Shown: positions 7,196-16,725, counted from the stretch's first letter. The stretch: DNA of 39,013 nt from Minisyncoccota bacterium (GCA_030157745.1 JAOAUE010000032.1:1-39013); one strand, 5' to 3'. The notes: generated by a model not told the origin, from the sequence alone. Numbers and translations are program-made.

Positions 7196-9319
7196 TTTCT
7201 CTGGATTAATATATGTTTTATTTTTCAGCACCACTATCTCATCTCTCAGTATTGCGGCGGTTTCGAAGTCTAAGACTTTCACTGCTTCTTTCATTTCTGC
7301 TTCTTTGAGTGCAATAAGTTTTTCGATAGGGTTTTTCTTTCCTTTTCCTTTCTTACCACCTGCTTTTTCTACCGCGGCAAAGAGTTCCATATCGAGAGCA
7401 AGCTCGGCGTTGACTGCTTTTGCATGATCACTTTCCATCCCTTCGGTAATATCATTGATAGCTTTTGAGATAGTCTTTGGAGTGATGCCGTGTTTTTTGT
7501 TATAAGCGAGTTGCACATCTCGGCGTCTTTTGGTCTCGCCCATTGCCCGCTCCATAGAGCCTGTTATTTGGTCAGCATAAAGAATAACTCTTCCATTAGC
7601 ATTTCGAGCTGCCCGACCTATGGTTTGGATCAGGGAGACTTCACTTCGCAAAAATCCTTCTTTGTCTGCATCCAAAATACCAATAAGCGAAACCTCTGGC
7701 ATATCAAGACCTTCACGAAGCAGGTTAACTCCAACCAAAACATCGAAAGCTCCTTTTCGGAATTTTGTAATAATCTGAATACGCTCGATAGTTTTAATAT
7801 CGCTGTGCATATATTCTGCTTTGACACCTTTTTCTTTGAGATAAGCAGAGAGATCTTCAGCCATTTTTTTGGTTAGGGTTGTAGCAAGTACTCTGCCACC
7901 TTTTTTGATTTCTGACACAGCTTCGTTGATAAAGTCTTGGACCTGACCAGGGTAGTTTCTAGGTTCTAGGTTCAAGTTTTTAGTTTCTAGAACCTTGTCA
8001 CTAGCAACTAACACCTGCTCCAAAATCGGTCGGACCAAAACTTCTGGGTCTACGAGCCCTGTTGGACGAATGATTTGCTCTACTGTTTGTTCACTTAGCT
8101 CTGCTTCATTTTTCCCTGGTGTTGCGGAGACAAATATAGTTTGGCCGATGCGTTGTTTGAACTCTTCGAACTTAAGAGGTCTGTTGTCTTTGGCGCTAGG
8201 TAGACGGAAACCAAAATCTACGAGAGTTTGCTTTCGAGAAGCGTCCCCTGAATACATAGCTCCGAGTTGAGGAAGTGTGACATGAGACTCATCTATAAAT
8301 AATAAAAATTCAGGATTGCCATCCTTGTCGTGAGGAAAATATGAAAGTAGGGTCTCTGGTGGCTCTCCCGCTTTTTTGCCAGATAGAAGCCTAGAATAGT
8401 TTTCTATACCAGAGCAATACCTCATCTCTTTGATCATGGCCATATCATAAGAAGTACGACGCTTTAGCCTCTCTGCTTCCAGGAGTTTGCCTTCTTTTTC
8501 AAAATAAGCGAGCTGGGATTTGAGTTCATATGCGATAGCTTTGACTGCTTTTTCTTTTTGGTCTTCGGCTGTTATGAAGTGCTTAGCTGGGAAAACAAAA
8601 ACATGATTTTCTTCTTGTAAAATACGAGAGGACACCGGATCTATCTTTAGTATCTCTTCTACTTTATTTCCTGAAAAAGCAATACGATACTGAAGAGTTT
8701 CTGAAACTGGCATTATCTCAATAGTATTACCGAGCGCACGGAACTGAGCTGGTGAGAGATCGGCATTTGTTCTTTCATAGTGGATACCGATGAGCCTTTG
8801 CATAGCTTCTGTCCTAGACAAAGTCATACCTTTTTCTATTTTGAAATTTACTCTCTCATATTCAACAGGAGAACCAAGACCATAAATACAAGACACGGAG
8901 GCTACAATGATCACGTCTTTACGAGTAAGCAAACTCTGAGTGGTTGCATGACGAAGTCTATCTATTTCCTTATTTATTTGTGCATCTTTTTCTATATAAG
9001 TATCTGTTGTTGGTAAATAAGCCTCTGGTTGATAGTAATCATAATAAGAAACAAAGTAGTGAACCGCATTGTTAGGAAAAAAGCTTTTGAACTCACTAGC
9101 AAGCTGGGCAGCGAGAGTTTTGTTGTGAGCAATGATAAGGGTAGGCTTTTGAACACTGGCGATAATGTTGGCCATAGTAAAGGTCTTCCCTGTTCCTGTA
9201 GCACCAAGAAGAGTTTGCATTTGCAAACCTTTTTTAAGGCCAGAAAGAAGACCTTTGATAGCTTCTGGCTGGTCTCCACCCGGAGCGAAATCACTTATTA
9301 AGTCAAATTTATTTTCCAT
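7193..9319 (-). CDS. uvrB: excinuclease ABC subunit UvrB
   Basis: 708 aa. Walker A GATGTGKTFTMA, YYDYYQPEAY beta-hairpin region, DESH box, helicase C motifs, C-terminal UVR domain (LDFETAAILRDEI). Confidence 0.95.
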   Translation of the reverse strand: MENKFDLISDFAPGGDQPEAIKGLLSGLKKGLQMQTLLGATGTGKTFTMANIIASVQKPTLIIAHNKTLAAQLASEFKSFFPNNAVHYFVSYYDYYQPEAYLPTTDTYIEKDAQINKEIDRLRHATTQSLLTRKDVIIVASVSCIYGLGSPVEYERVNFKIEKGMTLSRTEAMQRLIGIHYERTNADLSPAQFRALGNTIEIMPVSETLQYRIAFSGNKVEEILKIDPVSSRILQEENHVFVFPAKHFITAEDQKEKAVKAIAYELKSQLAYFEKEGKLLEAERLKRRTSYDMAMIKEMRYCSGIENYSRLLSGKKAGEPPETLLSYFPHDKDGNPEFLLFIDESHVTLPQLGAMYSGDASRKQTLVDFGFRLPSAKDNRPLKFEEFKQRIGQTIFVSATPGKNEAELSEQTVEQIIRPTGLVDPEVLVRPILEQVLVASDKVLETKNLNLEPRNYPGQVQDFINEAVSEIKKGGRVLATTLTKKMAEDLSAYLKEKGVKAEYMHSDIKTIERIQIITKFRKGAFDVLVGVNLLREGLDMPEVSLIGILDADKEGFLRSEVSLIQTIGRAARNANGRVILYADQITGSMERAMGETKRRRDVQLAYNKKHGITPKTISKAINDITEGMESDHAKAVNAELALDMELFAAVEKAGGKKGKGKKNPIEKLIALKEAEMKEAVKVLDFETAAILRDEIVVLKNKTYINPEK

Positions 9320-9382
9320 AAAAGTTAAAAAATATTAGATAGCCCCATCTCGCCCCGTTGGAAGCGCTAGCTTTCCTTCGGG
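9320..9382 (-). other. 63-nt structured insertion element, copy 2
   Basis: The minus strand reads CCCGAAGGAAAGCTAGCGCTTCCAACGGGGCGAGATGGGGCTATCTAATATTTTTTAACTTTT. It has the same closing helix, bulged A and CGAGATGxGGCT tail as 4046-4115, but a shortened distal stem. Confidence 0.6.
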
Positions 9383-9427
9383 GTCTCCACCCGGAGCGAA
9401 ATCACTGACTAACCCAAACTTATCCAT
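9383..9427 (-). pseudogene. relic copy of the uvrB 5' end (ATG plus 14 codons), now heading a 30-aa chimeric upstream ORF (9335..9427)
   Basis: Encodes MDKFGLVSDFAPGGD, against MENKFDLISDFAPGGD at the functional start. The last 24 nt are identical to 9272-9295. Reading continues into the element and stops at TAA 9335-9337. Confidence 0.75.
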
Positions 9428-9464
9428 AAGTGTCAGTATAATAGCAAAAACTTAGTTTAGAAAG

Positions 9465-9593
9465 CTAATTCTTTAGCTTTTCAATATCATACATATTATC
9501 ACCATCGTAAGCTTTAACTATTATTTTGTAAGCAAACAAAGAAGCGAAAGACGTAAATATCAGAAAATAAATCAAAGTTTTTCTAAGTGTCAT
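9465..9593 (-). CDS. possible small membrane protein (42 aa, below the ORF-track cutoff)
   Basis: ATG 10 nt downstream of the tgt stop. Translation MTLRKTLIYFLIFTSFASLFAYKII... has one TM helix. Weak evidence only. Confidence 0.25.
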   Translation of the reverse strand: MTLRKTLIYFLIFTSFASLFAYKIIVKAYDGDNMYDIEKLKN

Positions 9594-9603
9594 ATACTAA
9601 ATA

Positions 9604-10815
9604 TTATACCTCTTTATAATATCTAGAGCAAAAGTCTTTCTTAAACTCAAAGAAGTCCCCGTCAAAGATACTTTGTCTCATCTTTTCAACAAGTCTCAAT
9701 ATGAAATGAATGTTGTGTATAGAAGCCAAAGTTGCAGCAGTCATTTCATCTGCTCGGAAAAGATGCGCAATATACGCCCGACTATGATGAGCGCATGTAT
9801 AACAAGAACAATCATTTTCTATAGGAGTAAAATCATCCACAAATTTTGCATTGCGAATATTTAGTCTGCCGTCATGAGTGTGTAGTGTTCCATGTCGTCC
9901 CATACGAGTTGGGGCTATACAATCAAAAAGATCACACCCTGCCTCGACAGCATCAAAAAGATCTCTCGGCTCTCCTATCCCGAGAAGATGTCTAGGTTTT
10001 TCTTCGGGCAATATTTTGTTGACCCAAGAAACAGCGGTTGCGATATCATCTTTGGTAAAGGAGCCTCCTATTCCATATCCATCAAATCCTTCGGCAAGCT
10101 CAGGACTAGACGCTAGCGCACCAAGAGTTTTGGCGGCTTCTTCTCTTAAATCTTGGTGTCTTCCGCCCTGAATAACTGCAAATAAAGCCTGCTTCTTTTC
10201 TGAATCTAGTTCATTATGTTTTGCAAGACAACGCTTGGCCCATTCATAGGTTCTATCGAGGGATTTTTTTTGATATTCATAAGGAGCTGTCGGACTAGTA
10301 CATTCATCAAAAGCAAATATCATATCAGCTCCTATCTTCCATTGTGCCTCCATAGAACTCTCAGGGGTAAAGAAGTGCGTAGAGCCATCTATATGACTTT
10401 TGAATGTCACGCCTTCATCTGTGACCTTTGCGAGTTGCCCTGCGGTCGAAGAAATATCTTCAACAGGTGCATCAGCTGAAGCAACCTTGGAAACAGCGCT
10501 TCCAAATGCAGCACCCAAAGAAAAAGCTTGGAAGCCTCCACTGTCAGTCATAGTCGGACCATGCCAATCCATAAACTTTCCAAAGCCTCCGGCTTTTTCA
10601 ACTATATCTGTACCTGGCTGAAGATATAAGTGATAGGTATTTGCCAAGACTACTTGCGCACCCAGGCTTCTGATCTGCTCGGCTGTCAGAGCCTTGACTG
10701 TGGCTTTAGTGCCGACGACTACAAAAGCCGGAGTTTCTATAACGCCATTTTGGGTCTCAATAGTTCCAGCTCGAGCAAGTGTACCTTCTAGTTTTTTTTC
10801 GATAGAGAATTTCAT
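9604..10815 (-). CDS. tgt: tRNA-guanine transglycosylase (queuine tRNA-ribosyltransferase)
   Basis: Motifs LANTYHL and DSGGFQ, plus the zinc site CSCYTCAHHSRAYIAHL. The ATG at 10815 (MKFSIEKK...) avoids overlap with mreC; the track start is 10839. Confidence 0.9.
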   Translation of the reverse strand: MKFSIEKKLEGTLARAGTIETQNGVIETPAFVVVGTKATVKALTAEQIRSLGAQVVLANTYHLYLQPGTDIVEKAGGFGKFMDWHGPTMTDSGGFQAFSLGAAFGSAVSKVASADAPVEDISSTAGQLAKVTDEGVTFKSHIDGSTHFFTPESSMEAQWKIGADMIFAFDECTSPTAPYEYQKKSLDRTYEWAKRCLAKHNELDSEKKQALFAVIQGGRHQDLREEAAKTLGALASSPELAEGFDGYGIGGSFTKDDIATAVSWVNKILPEEKPRHLLGIGEPRDLFDAVEAGCDLFDCIAPTRMGRHGTLHTHDGRLNIRNAKFVDDFTPIENDCSCYTCAHHSRAYIAHLFRADEMTAATLASIHNIHFILRLVEKMRQSIFDGDFFEFKKDFCSRYYKEV

Positions 10816-10820
10816 GGAAA

Positions 10821-11558
10821 TTATTTCACCACCACCCATTTAAGTGTCTGTAAATTCACCGGTGCCTTGGCGAGAAGCCTTTGGAATGGATCACGAGGGT
10901 CTGTGACTATCTTTTGGATAGAAGCGAGTGGGTGAAGCGCGAGAGATTGGTCAGTGATAATGTCGCCTTCATTGAAAGCTATATCTCTAGGCATACGAAC
11001 TTCGTATTCGCCAGAGCCTCGACCGATGAGAGTAATGTTCAGGTCGCTAGCTGTTACAGAGCCGACTGTCTCCCTACCAGGAGAGCTGTACAAAAGCACT
11101 GTTGAAGAATTTTCAGAAACTTCCGAAATAGTCCCGAGAGAAATAGACCCAAACGCATAAACATTTTGTCCTACAGAGATACCAAGATTGCTCCCAACAT
11201 CAATAACAAGTGTGTCATAAATAGAACGATTTGGTGGGACTATAACTCTAGCCAAAGTTCCTTTGATAAATCCTTCTCTGCCAAACTCTTTTTTTAAATT
11301 TTCATTTTCTTTTTCTAAACTAGAGAGAACTATTAGAGAAGCATTTTGTACATCTATAGCACTTTGAAGTTCGACAACCTTTTTTATCAAAGATTGTTTT
11401 GAGAGAAACGTCAATGAAGCGACGTCACTATAAATAGGCGCGCCCAAACCTCTAAACTTTTTGATCCATGAAAACAAAAACCAAACAACAAAAAGTAGTA
11501 TTATTACAAAAATAATTTTTCTCCAATTTATAGATCTGTTTTTACGAAACTGTGACAT
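10821..11558 (-). CDS. mreC: rod shape-determining protein MreC
   Basis: Directly downstream of mreB, overlapping it by 17 nt. N-terminal TM helix, coiled-coil segment, beta-rich C-terminal domain. Confidence 0.7.
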   Translation of the reverse strand: MSQFRKNRSINWRKIIFVIILLFVVWFLFSWIKKFRGLGAPIYSDVASLTFLSKQSLIKKVVELQSAIDVQNASLIVLSSLEKENENLKKEFGREGFIKGTLARVIVPPNRSIYDTLVIDVGSNLGISVGQNVYAFGSISLGTISEVSENSSTVLLYSSPGRETVGSVTASDLNITLIGRGSGEYEVRMPRDIAFNEGDIITDQSLALHPLASIQKIVTDPRDPFQRLLAKAPVNLQTLKWVVVK

Positions 11559-12591
11559 GGTCTTCTATGGAAAGCAGTGTGCTTTTGTATTCTTCAAATG
11601 ATTCCAAAATAATCCCTGTACCTCTAACAACTGCAGAGAGGGGGTCTTCGGCTATATATATAGGTAGTTTGAGCTCTTGCGCCAAGAGATTTGGTAAACC
11701 TTTTAGAAGTGCACCCCCGCCTGTAAGGATAACACCACTAGAGATAATATCAGCAACCATCTCTGGCGGAGCAGTTTCCAAAACTTCTCGAATACCAGAG
11801 ACAAGCAAAGAAACTGGATACTCTAGAGCTTCTCTGATATCTCCATCTGTTACAACAAGAGCTCTTGGAAGGCCGGTGATCATATCTCGACCTCGGACTT
11901 CGAGTTCAGCATAATCCGTCTCCACAGCAGAACCTATAGATATCTTTACTTGTTCGGCTGTTTGCTCTCCTATCAAAAGTTTAAATTCATCTCGCAAATA
12001 TTCTATAACGCGAGCATTGAAGTGGTCTCCTGCCACACGCAAGTTTAGCGACCGCACTATCCCACCGAGCGAAATAAGAGCTACGTCAGTAGTCCCGCCA
12101 CCAATATCAACTATCAGCGAAGCAGTAGAAGAAAGAACTGGCAAACGCACTCCGATAGCTGCTGCCATAGCTTCTTCTACCAAAAACACCTCTCGCGCTC
12201 CGGCATTGATAGCGGCATCATAAACAGCACGCATTTCTACATTGGTAATACCACTCGGTACTCCAATAACAACACGCGGACGAAAAAACTTTTTGTTCAT
12301 CTTTTCTACCTTTCTTATAAAATAAGCCAGCATTTCTTCTGTGACCTCAAAATCAGAAACCACTCCTTCAACAAGAGGGCGAACTATCGAAATGTGAGCT
12401 GGGGTTTTGCCGTCCATTTTTTTGGCTTCTCTACCTATGGCAACTATTTGTCCGGTTTTTTGGTTGAGAGCTACGATAGAAGGCTCGTTGATAACAGTGC
12501 CATGCCCTTTCAAATAAACTAGCGTATTTGCAGTTCCAAGATCAATCCCTATATCATTTGAAAATCGACTATAAAGCTTTTTGAACATCAT
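11542..12591 (-). CDS. mreB: rod shape-determining protein MreB (actin-like ATPase)
   Basis: IGIDLGTANTLVY, DIGGGTTDVA and GGGALLKGL motifs; 349 aa. Confidence 0.95.
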   Translation of the reverse strand: MMFKKLYSRFSNDIGIDLGTANTLVYLKGHGTVINEPSIVALNQKTGQIVAIGREAKKMDGKTPAHISIVRPLVEGVVSDFEVTEEMLAYFIRKVEKMNKKFFRPRVVIGVPSGITNVEMRAVYDAAINAGAREVFLVEEAMAAAIGVRLPVLSSTASLIVDIGGGTTDVALISLGGIVRSLNLRVAGDHFNARVIEYLRDEFKLLIGEQTAEQVKISIGSAVETDYAELEVRGRDMITGLPRALVVTDGDIREALEYPVSLLVSGIREVLETAPPEMVADIISSGVILTGGGALLKGLPNLLAQELKLPIYIAEDPLSAVVRGTGIILESFEEYKSTLLSIEDHVTVS

Positions 12592-12613
12592 TTTAGTTTC
12601 TAGTGGCTAGGTT

Positions 12614-13867
12614 CTAGTGGTTAGTGGTAAGAGCAGAAAGGACCTCAGAAAGAGGGACGACTCGACTTTCAGTTTCGGTGCGACCTTTTATTTCAGCCCC
12701 ACCAGCTTCTAGACTTCTCTTTGAAACAACAACACGCATAGGCATACCTAAAAGGTCAGCATCAGCAAACTTCTCCCCCGCTGTTGCGTTTGCTCGATCA
12801 TCAAATAAAACCTCAACGCCTTTTTCGGTTAATTCTTTATACAAACTTTCAGCTTCAGCCATGTCTTCACCGAGCCGAATCAAATGCACTGCAAATGGAG
12901 CTATCTCACGTGGCCAAACTATGCCTTTGTCGTCTGAAAATATTTCAGTTAAAACTCCCACCAAACGGGTGACACCTACGCCATAAGAACCTAGGAAAAC
13001 TGGCTTTTTCTCTCCTTCAGAATTTGTAAAATAAAGACCCATCTTTTCACATTTTTCAGTTCCAAAAGTAAAAATATTTCCTACCTCAGCGGCTTTTTTC
13101 ATTTCAAAATCTTCTTTTTGAGCACCCAGCTTAGCTAACGTCTCGTCATTAAAAATCTCTTCATTAACTGCATAATTTTCTTTTTTGTGAACATAAATAA
13201 CGTCCTCACCTGCTTCACAAATAGTTTGAAATTCGTGACTAAAGTTTTTTGTAAAAGCACCCCCTGAAGCAGAAGTTACATAAGTAATATCACCAAGCCC
13301 AAGTCGTTTGTAAACATTTAAGTAAGCTTCAGTTGCGAGATTGTAAAACTTCATATGGTCTTCTTCTGTCTCACAAAAAGAATACATATCTTTCATAACA
13401 AATTCACGACAACGCATAATACCGCTTTTTGCGCGAACTTCATTTCGGAGTTTGTTTTGGAATTGATGAACGTAAACAGGAAGACTTTGATAACTAGAAA
13501 CAAAAGATTTCATCATCTCCACAATAGGCTCTTCATGAGACCAACCAAAACCTACTTCTGCTCCATTTTTTAATTGTGACTTAAACCAAATATCTACATT
13601 GTCATCACTCCAACGATCTGTTTTTTCCCAAATCTCTTTGTTTTGAAGAGTGGTCATTATGATTTCTTGAGAACCAATCTTCTCCATTTCTTCTCCAACT
13701 ATCTTTTTTATCTTATTTACAACTCTAAGCCCAAGTGGAAGCAGAGCATAAACTCCTGCCATTTCTTTATAAATATAACCCCCACGAATAAGTAGTTGGG
13801 CATTTTTTGCCTCTTCATCAGAAGGGTTTTCTCTCTTGGTACGGGTAAAAAGCTGGCTTTGTCTCAT
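12614..13867 (-). CDS. proS: proline--tRNA ligase (short form without the editing insertion)
   Basis: The N-terminus MRQSQLFTRTKRENPSDEEAKNAQLLIRGGYI...LPLGLRVVNKIKKIVGEEM...IWEKTDRW aligns by eye with bacterial ProRS. Class II core plus C-terminal anticodon-binding domain. The ATG at 13867 is preferred over 13894. Confidence 0.85.
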   Translation of the reverse strand: MRQSQLFTRTKRENPSDEEAKNAQLLIRGGYIYKEMAGVYALLPLGLRVVNKIKKIVGEEMEKIGSQEIIMTTLQNKEIWEKTDRWSDDNVDIWFKSQLKNGAEVGFGWSHEEPIVEMMKSFVSSYQSLPVYVHQFQNKLRNEVRAKSGIMRCREFVMKDMYSFCETEEDHMKFYNLATEAYLNVYKRLGLGDITYVTSASGGAFTKNFSHEFQTICEAGEDVIYVHKKENYAVNEEIFNDETLAKLGAQKEDFEMKKAAEVGNIFTFGTEKCEKMGLYFTNSEGEKKPVFLGSYGVGVTRLVGVLTEIFSDDKGIVWPREIAPFAVHLIRLGEDMAEAESLYKELTEKGVEVLFDDRANATAGEKFADADLLGMPMRVVVSKRSLEAGGAEIKGRTETESRVVPLSEVLSALTTNH

Positions 13868-13943
13868 ACCTACATAATCGCATATTTTGAGCAATAAAAA
13901 AAGCCTGCTTGCTTTTGATTTTTTAAGAGTATAATATAAAAGT

Positions 13944-14204
13944 ATGAAAAATTTTGAAGAAAGTTTAATAGGCCCACAGTCAGATGAACGTGAAGAAAGA
14001 GTGATTGAAGATGTTGATTCTAGTGGTCAACCACTCTGGATGGCATTTTTGGCAGACCCTGAGGCGCTTACTATTAACTCAGATGAGGTAGGAGATGCAA
14101 AAAATGCTTACGAGAATTTCAAAAAAAGTAAACCTGAGGTTATAAAAATGTGTGCTCGAAAAACAATAGAAGAATGCCAGGACATAATCCGAGAAGCTGC
14201 ATAA
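13944..14204 (+). CDS. hypothetical acidic protein (86 aa)
   Basis: Intact ORF followed by a strong terminator. No motif recognised. Confidence 0.4.
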   Translation: MKNFEESLIGPQSDEREERVIEDVDSSGQPLWMAFLADPEALTINSDEVGDAKNAYENFKKSKPEVIKMCARKTIEECQDIIREAA

Positions 14205-14218
14205 TTATTAAACATTAA

Positions 14219-14260
14219 AAAAGCCGGTACTTTTTAGTATCGGCTTTATCTTTTGTTTTT
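14219..14260. terminator. bidirectional terminator
   Basis: AAGCCGGTAC-ttttta-GTATCGGCTT stem of about 10 bp with one G-T pair. Flanked by an A-run upstream and T-runs downstream, between convergent genes. Confidence 0.6.
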
Positions 14261-14872
14261 TTAAAAGATTTTCCCTTTTGGGTATGCTGAATACCCGGTA
14301 AGCTTCATAGGATGCGGGGGTTGATGTGAAGGTCCGTAGACTGCATCAACCAGTGCTTCATACAACTGCGATTGTGCTTCTTTTAAGCTTTTTGTATGGA
14401 AGAGGACATCGCCTCCATCTCTAACCACGATTTCGCCTTTTCTGATTGCGTTTTTATTCACATGCATATAATCGCCCATATCATCTGACGACCATGATGT
14501 GTCTGCCACATTGTAATCTTCCTTTGCAATGCTGAAATCATAAACCGCACTATAGTGCTCTATTTCGTCCCAGACATTTTCAGAGTCGTACCTGGCAAAA
14601 ATCTCATACACTCCAGTGATATACCTTATGTCCTTCAATGCGGCATAAGATTCTACCTTAATACCTTTGAAGTGTTCATTGGTATCAGCAAAATGTTGCA
14701 ACTTAGTCACAACATCATAAACGAGGCTGTCCAGGCGATCCTGCGGCAAGGGTGGCGTTTCGTCAAATTCACCGGAAACTGTTGTTTCAGTAACTTTTTG
14801 TGTAGTTACTTTATCTTTGCAACTAATTAAAACCACTGAAGCCATAAAGGCTAAGATAATGTATTTTTTCAT
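14261..14872 (-). CDS. hypothetical lipoprotein (203 aa)
   Basis: Signal peptide with lipobox-like VLISC (MKKYIILAFMASVVLISCKD). No family recognised. Confidence 0.55.
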   Translation of the reverse strand: MKKYIILAFMASVVLISCKDKVTTQKVTETTVSGEFDETPPLPQDRLDSLVYDVVTKLQHFADTNEHFKGIKVESYAALKDIRYITGVYEIFARYDSENVWDEIEHYSAVYDFSIAKEDYNVADTSWSSDDMGDYMHVNKNAIRKGEIVVRDGGDVLFHTKSLKEAQSQLYEALVDAVYGPSHQPPHPMKLTGYSAYPKGKIF

Positions 14873-15089
14873 ATTCAGTTTTTAAAATTTTGTACAATTT
14901 GATTATCTTATATATTATAGCATAGATAATATATAAAGTCAAATATACAACCTTGCCAAAAGGCCTTGGAAATGTTAAATTAAATCGTCCATTCATGGGC
15001 GAAATTATTCAGTTAAGCAAGCCCTTCGGCAAGCTCAGGGTAAAGTCCCTAAGGTTACCAAAGAAGGGCTCGTACAGATTAGTAAAAAT

Positions 15090-15764
15090 ATGAAAAAAGA
15101 ACTATCATTAACGCCTCTTATGGAGGCAGGTGTCCACTTTGGATACTCACGTACTCGTCGTCACCCTACCGTTACTCCATACCTATATGGAACAAAAGGT
15201 GGTGTAGATATTATCGATCTAGAAAAGACAACTCCTCTTATGGAGAAGGCTTGTGCATTTTTGTCAGAGCTTGGCCAAGCAGGTAAGACTGTGCTTTTTG
15301 TAGGTGTTAAACCAGAAGCTAGAAATATAGTTATGGAAGTAGCACAATCTCTCAAAATGCCATACGTAACAGAGCGATGGATCGGTGGGATACTCACAAA
15401 CTTCCCTGAAATCAAAAGAAGAATTGCTCGCCTAGAAGAGCTCAAAGAAGAGCGCTCAAGTGGTGGATTTGATAAATACACTAAAAAGGAACAAATCCTT
15501 CTAAACAGAGAGATGGATCGTCTCAACAAATACTTTAGTGGCCTGACAGGTCTTACAAAAATGCCTGACGCTGTAGTAATAGTAGATACAAAAAAGGAAC
15601 ACATCGCCATAGCAGAAGCTCGAAAGATTGGAGTGCCAGTTATAGCTATCGGAAATACAGACTGTTCTATCCGCGCTATCTCTTACCCTATCATCGCTAA
15701 CGACAGTAGTGCTTCTAGTATTTCTACAGTTCTTGGTATACTTAAGGACGCATTTAGTAAGTAA
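15090..15764 (+). CDS. rpsB: 30S ribosomal protein S2
   Basis: LMEAGVHFGYSRTRRHP and the VPVIAIGNTDC region are typical of S2. Followed by tsf, the conserved gene order. Confidence 0.95.
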   Translation: MKKELSLTPLMEAGVHFGYSRTRRHPTVTPYLYGTKGGVDIIDLEKTTPLMEKACAFLSELGQAGKTVLFVGVKPEARNIVMEVAQSLKMPYVTERWIGGILTNFPEIKRRIARLEELKEERSSGGFDKYTKKEQILLNREMDRLNKYFSGLTGLTKMPDAVVIVDTKKEHIAIAEARKIGVPVIAIGNTDCSIRAISYPIIANDSSASSISTVLGILKDAFSK

Positions 15765-15939
15765 AAAGTTTTTAAAGTTATAAAGTTCGTAAAGTTTAAA
15801 AGGTAAATAAAACGGACGAAGATATTCTTTGAAGAATGCCCTGCGTAGGCTGTCTGAGCCGAGCAGAGCAATCCGTCAGCAGACGGATATGCGTGCATTT
15901 TGAAAAGAGATATCAAGGAAGTTTTTATAAAAAATAAAA

Positions 15940-16725
15940 ATGACAACAACAATTACAACAGAACAGGTTAAAGAGTTAAGAGACAAAACAAGTGTATCAG
16001 TTATGCAATGTCGCAAGGCCCTTGAAGAAGCAGGTGGCGACATGGAAAAGGCTTTGATTATCCTCCGCAAAAAAGGTAGTGAGATGGCTGAAAAAAAGTC
16101 AGATAGAACTGCTGTTGATGGCCGAGTATTTATAAAGTCTGAGGGAGGCAAAGCAGTAGTAGTAACTCTAAACTGTGAGACTGATTTCGTAGCTCAAAAC
16201 CAAGGCTTTATAGACTGTGGAGAAGCTATCTTGTCTATTGCGTGGACCGAAGGGGCTGAAAAAGCTAAAGAACAAGCACCAAGCGCTATAAACGAAGCTG
16301 TATTAAAGACTGGAGAAAACATCCAACTCGGTACAATAGATGAGTATTCTGGAGAGACTATTGGTACATACATTCACTTTAACGGCAAAAACGCTGCTTT
16401 GGTTGTACTGAAGGGAGGCAATGTAGATGTAGCCAAAGACATAGCTATGCATATAAGCGCAATGAAGCCTACATACCTACAAGCTACAGATATCAAAGAG
16501 AGCGACAGAGAAGCTGTTATAGAAGTTTTGAAAAAAGAAGTAGACGAAAGCGGTAAACCAGAAGACATAAAAGCAAAAATGATGGAAGGAAAAATATCTG
16601 GATATTTCAAAGAACAAACCCTACTCGATCAACCATTTTTCAAAAATCCAGAAATGACTATCGGCAAAGTAGCTGATAGTGCCGGTGCAGAAGTAGTCTC
16701 ATTTAAACTCTACACACTAAACTAA
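15940..16725 (+). CDS. tsf: translation elongation factor Ts
   Basis: N-terminal UBA-like VKELRDKTSVSVMQCRKALEEAGGDMEKA, CETDFVAQN motif, downstream of rpsB. Confidence 0.9.
   Translation: MTTTITTEQVKELRDKTSVSVMQCRKALEEAGGDMEKALIILRKKGSEMAEKKSDRTAVDGRVFIKSEGGKAVVVTLNCETDFVAQNQGFIDCGEAILSIAWTEGAEKAKEQAPSAINEAVLKTGENIQLGTIDEYSGETIGTYIHFNGKNAALVVLKGGNVDVAKDIAMHISAMKPTYLQATDIKESDREAVIEVLKKEVDESGKPEDIKAKMMEGKISGYFKEQTLLDQPFFKNPEMTIGKVADSAGAEVVSFKLYTLN

Noticed and set aside
15161-15610. 149-aa minus-strand ORF
   Set aside because: It lies fully inside rpsB and is antisense to it.
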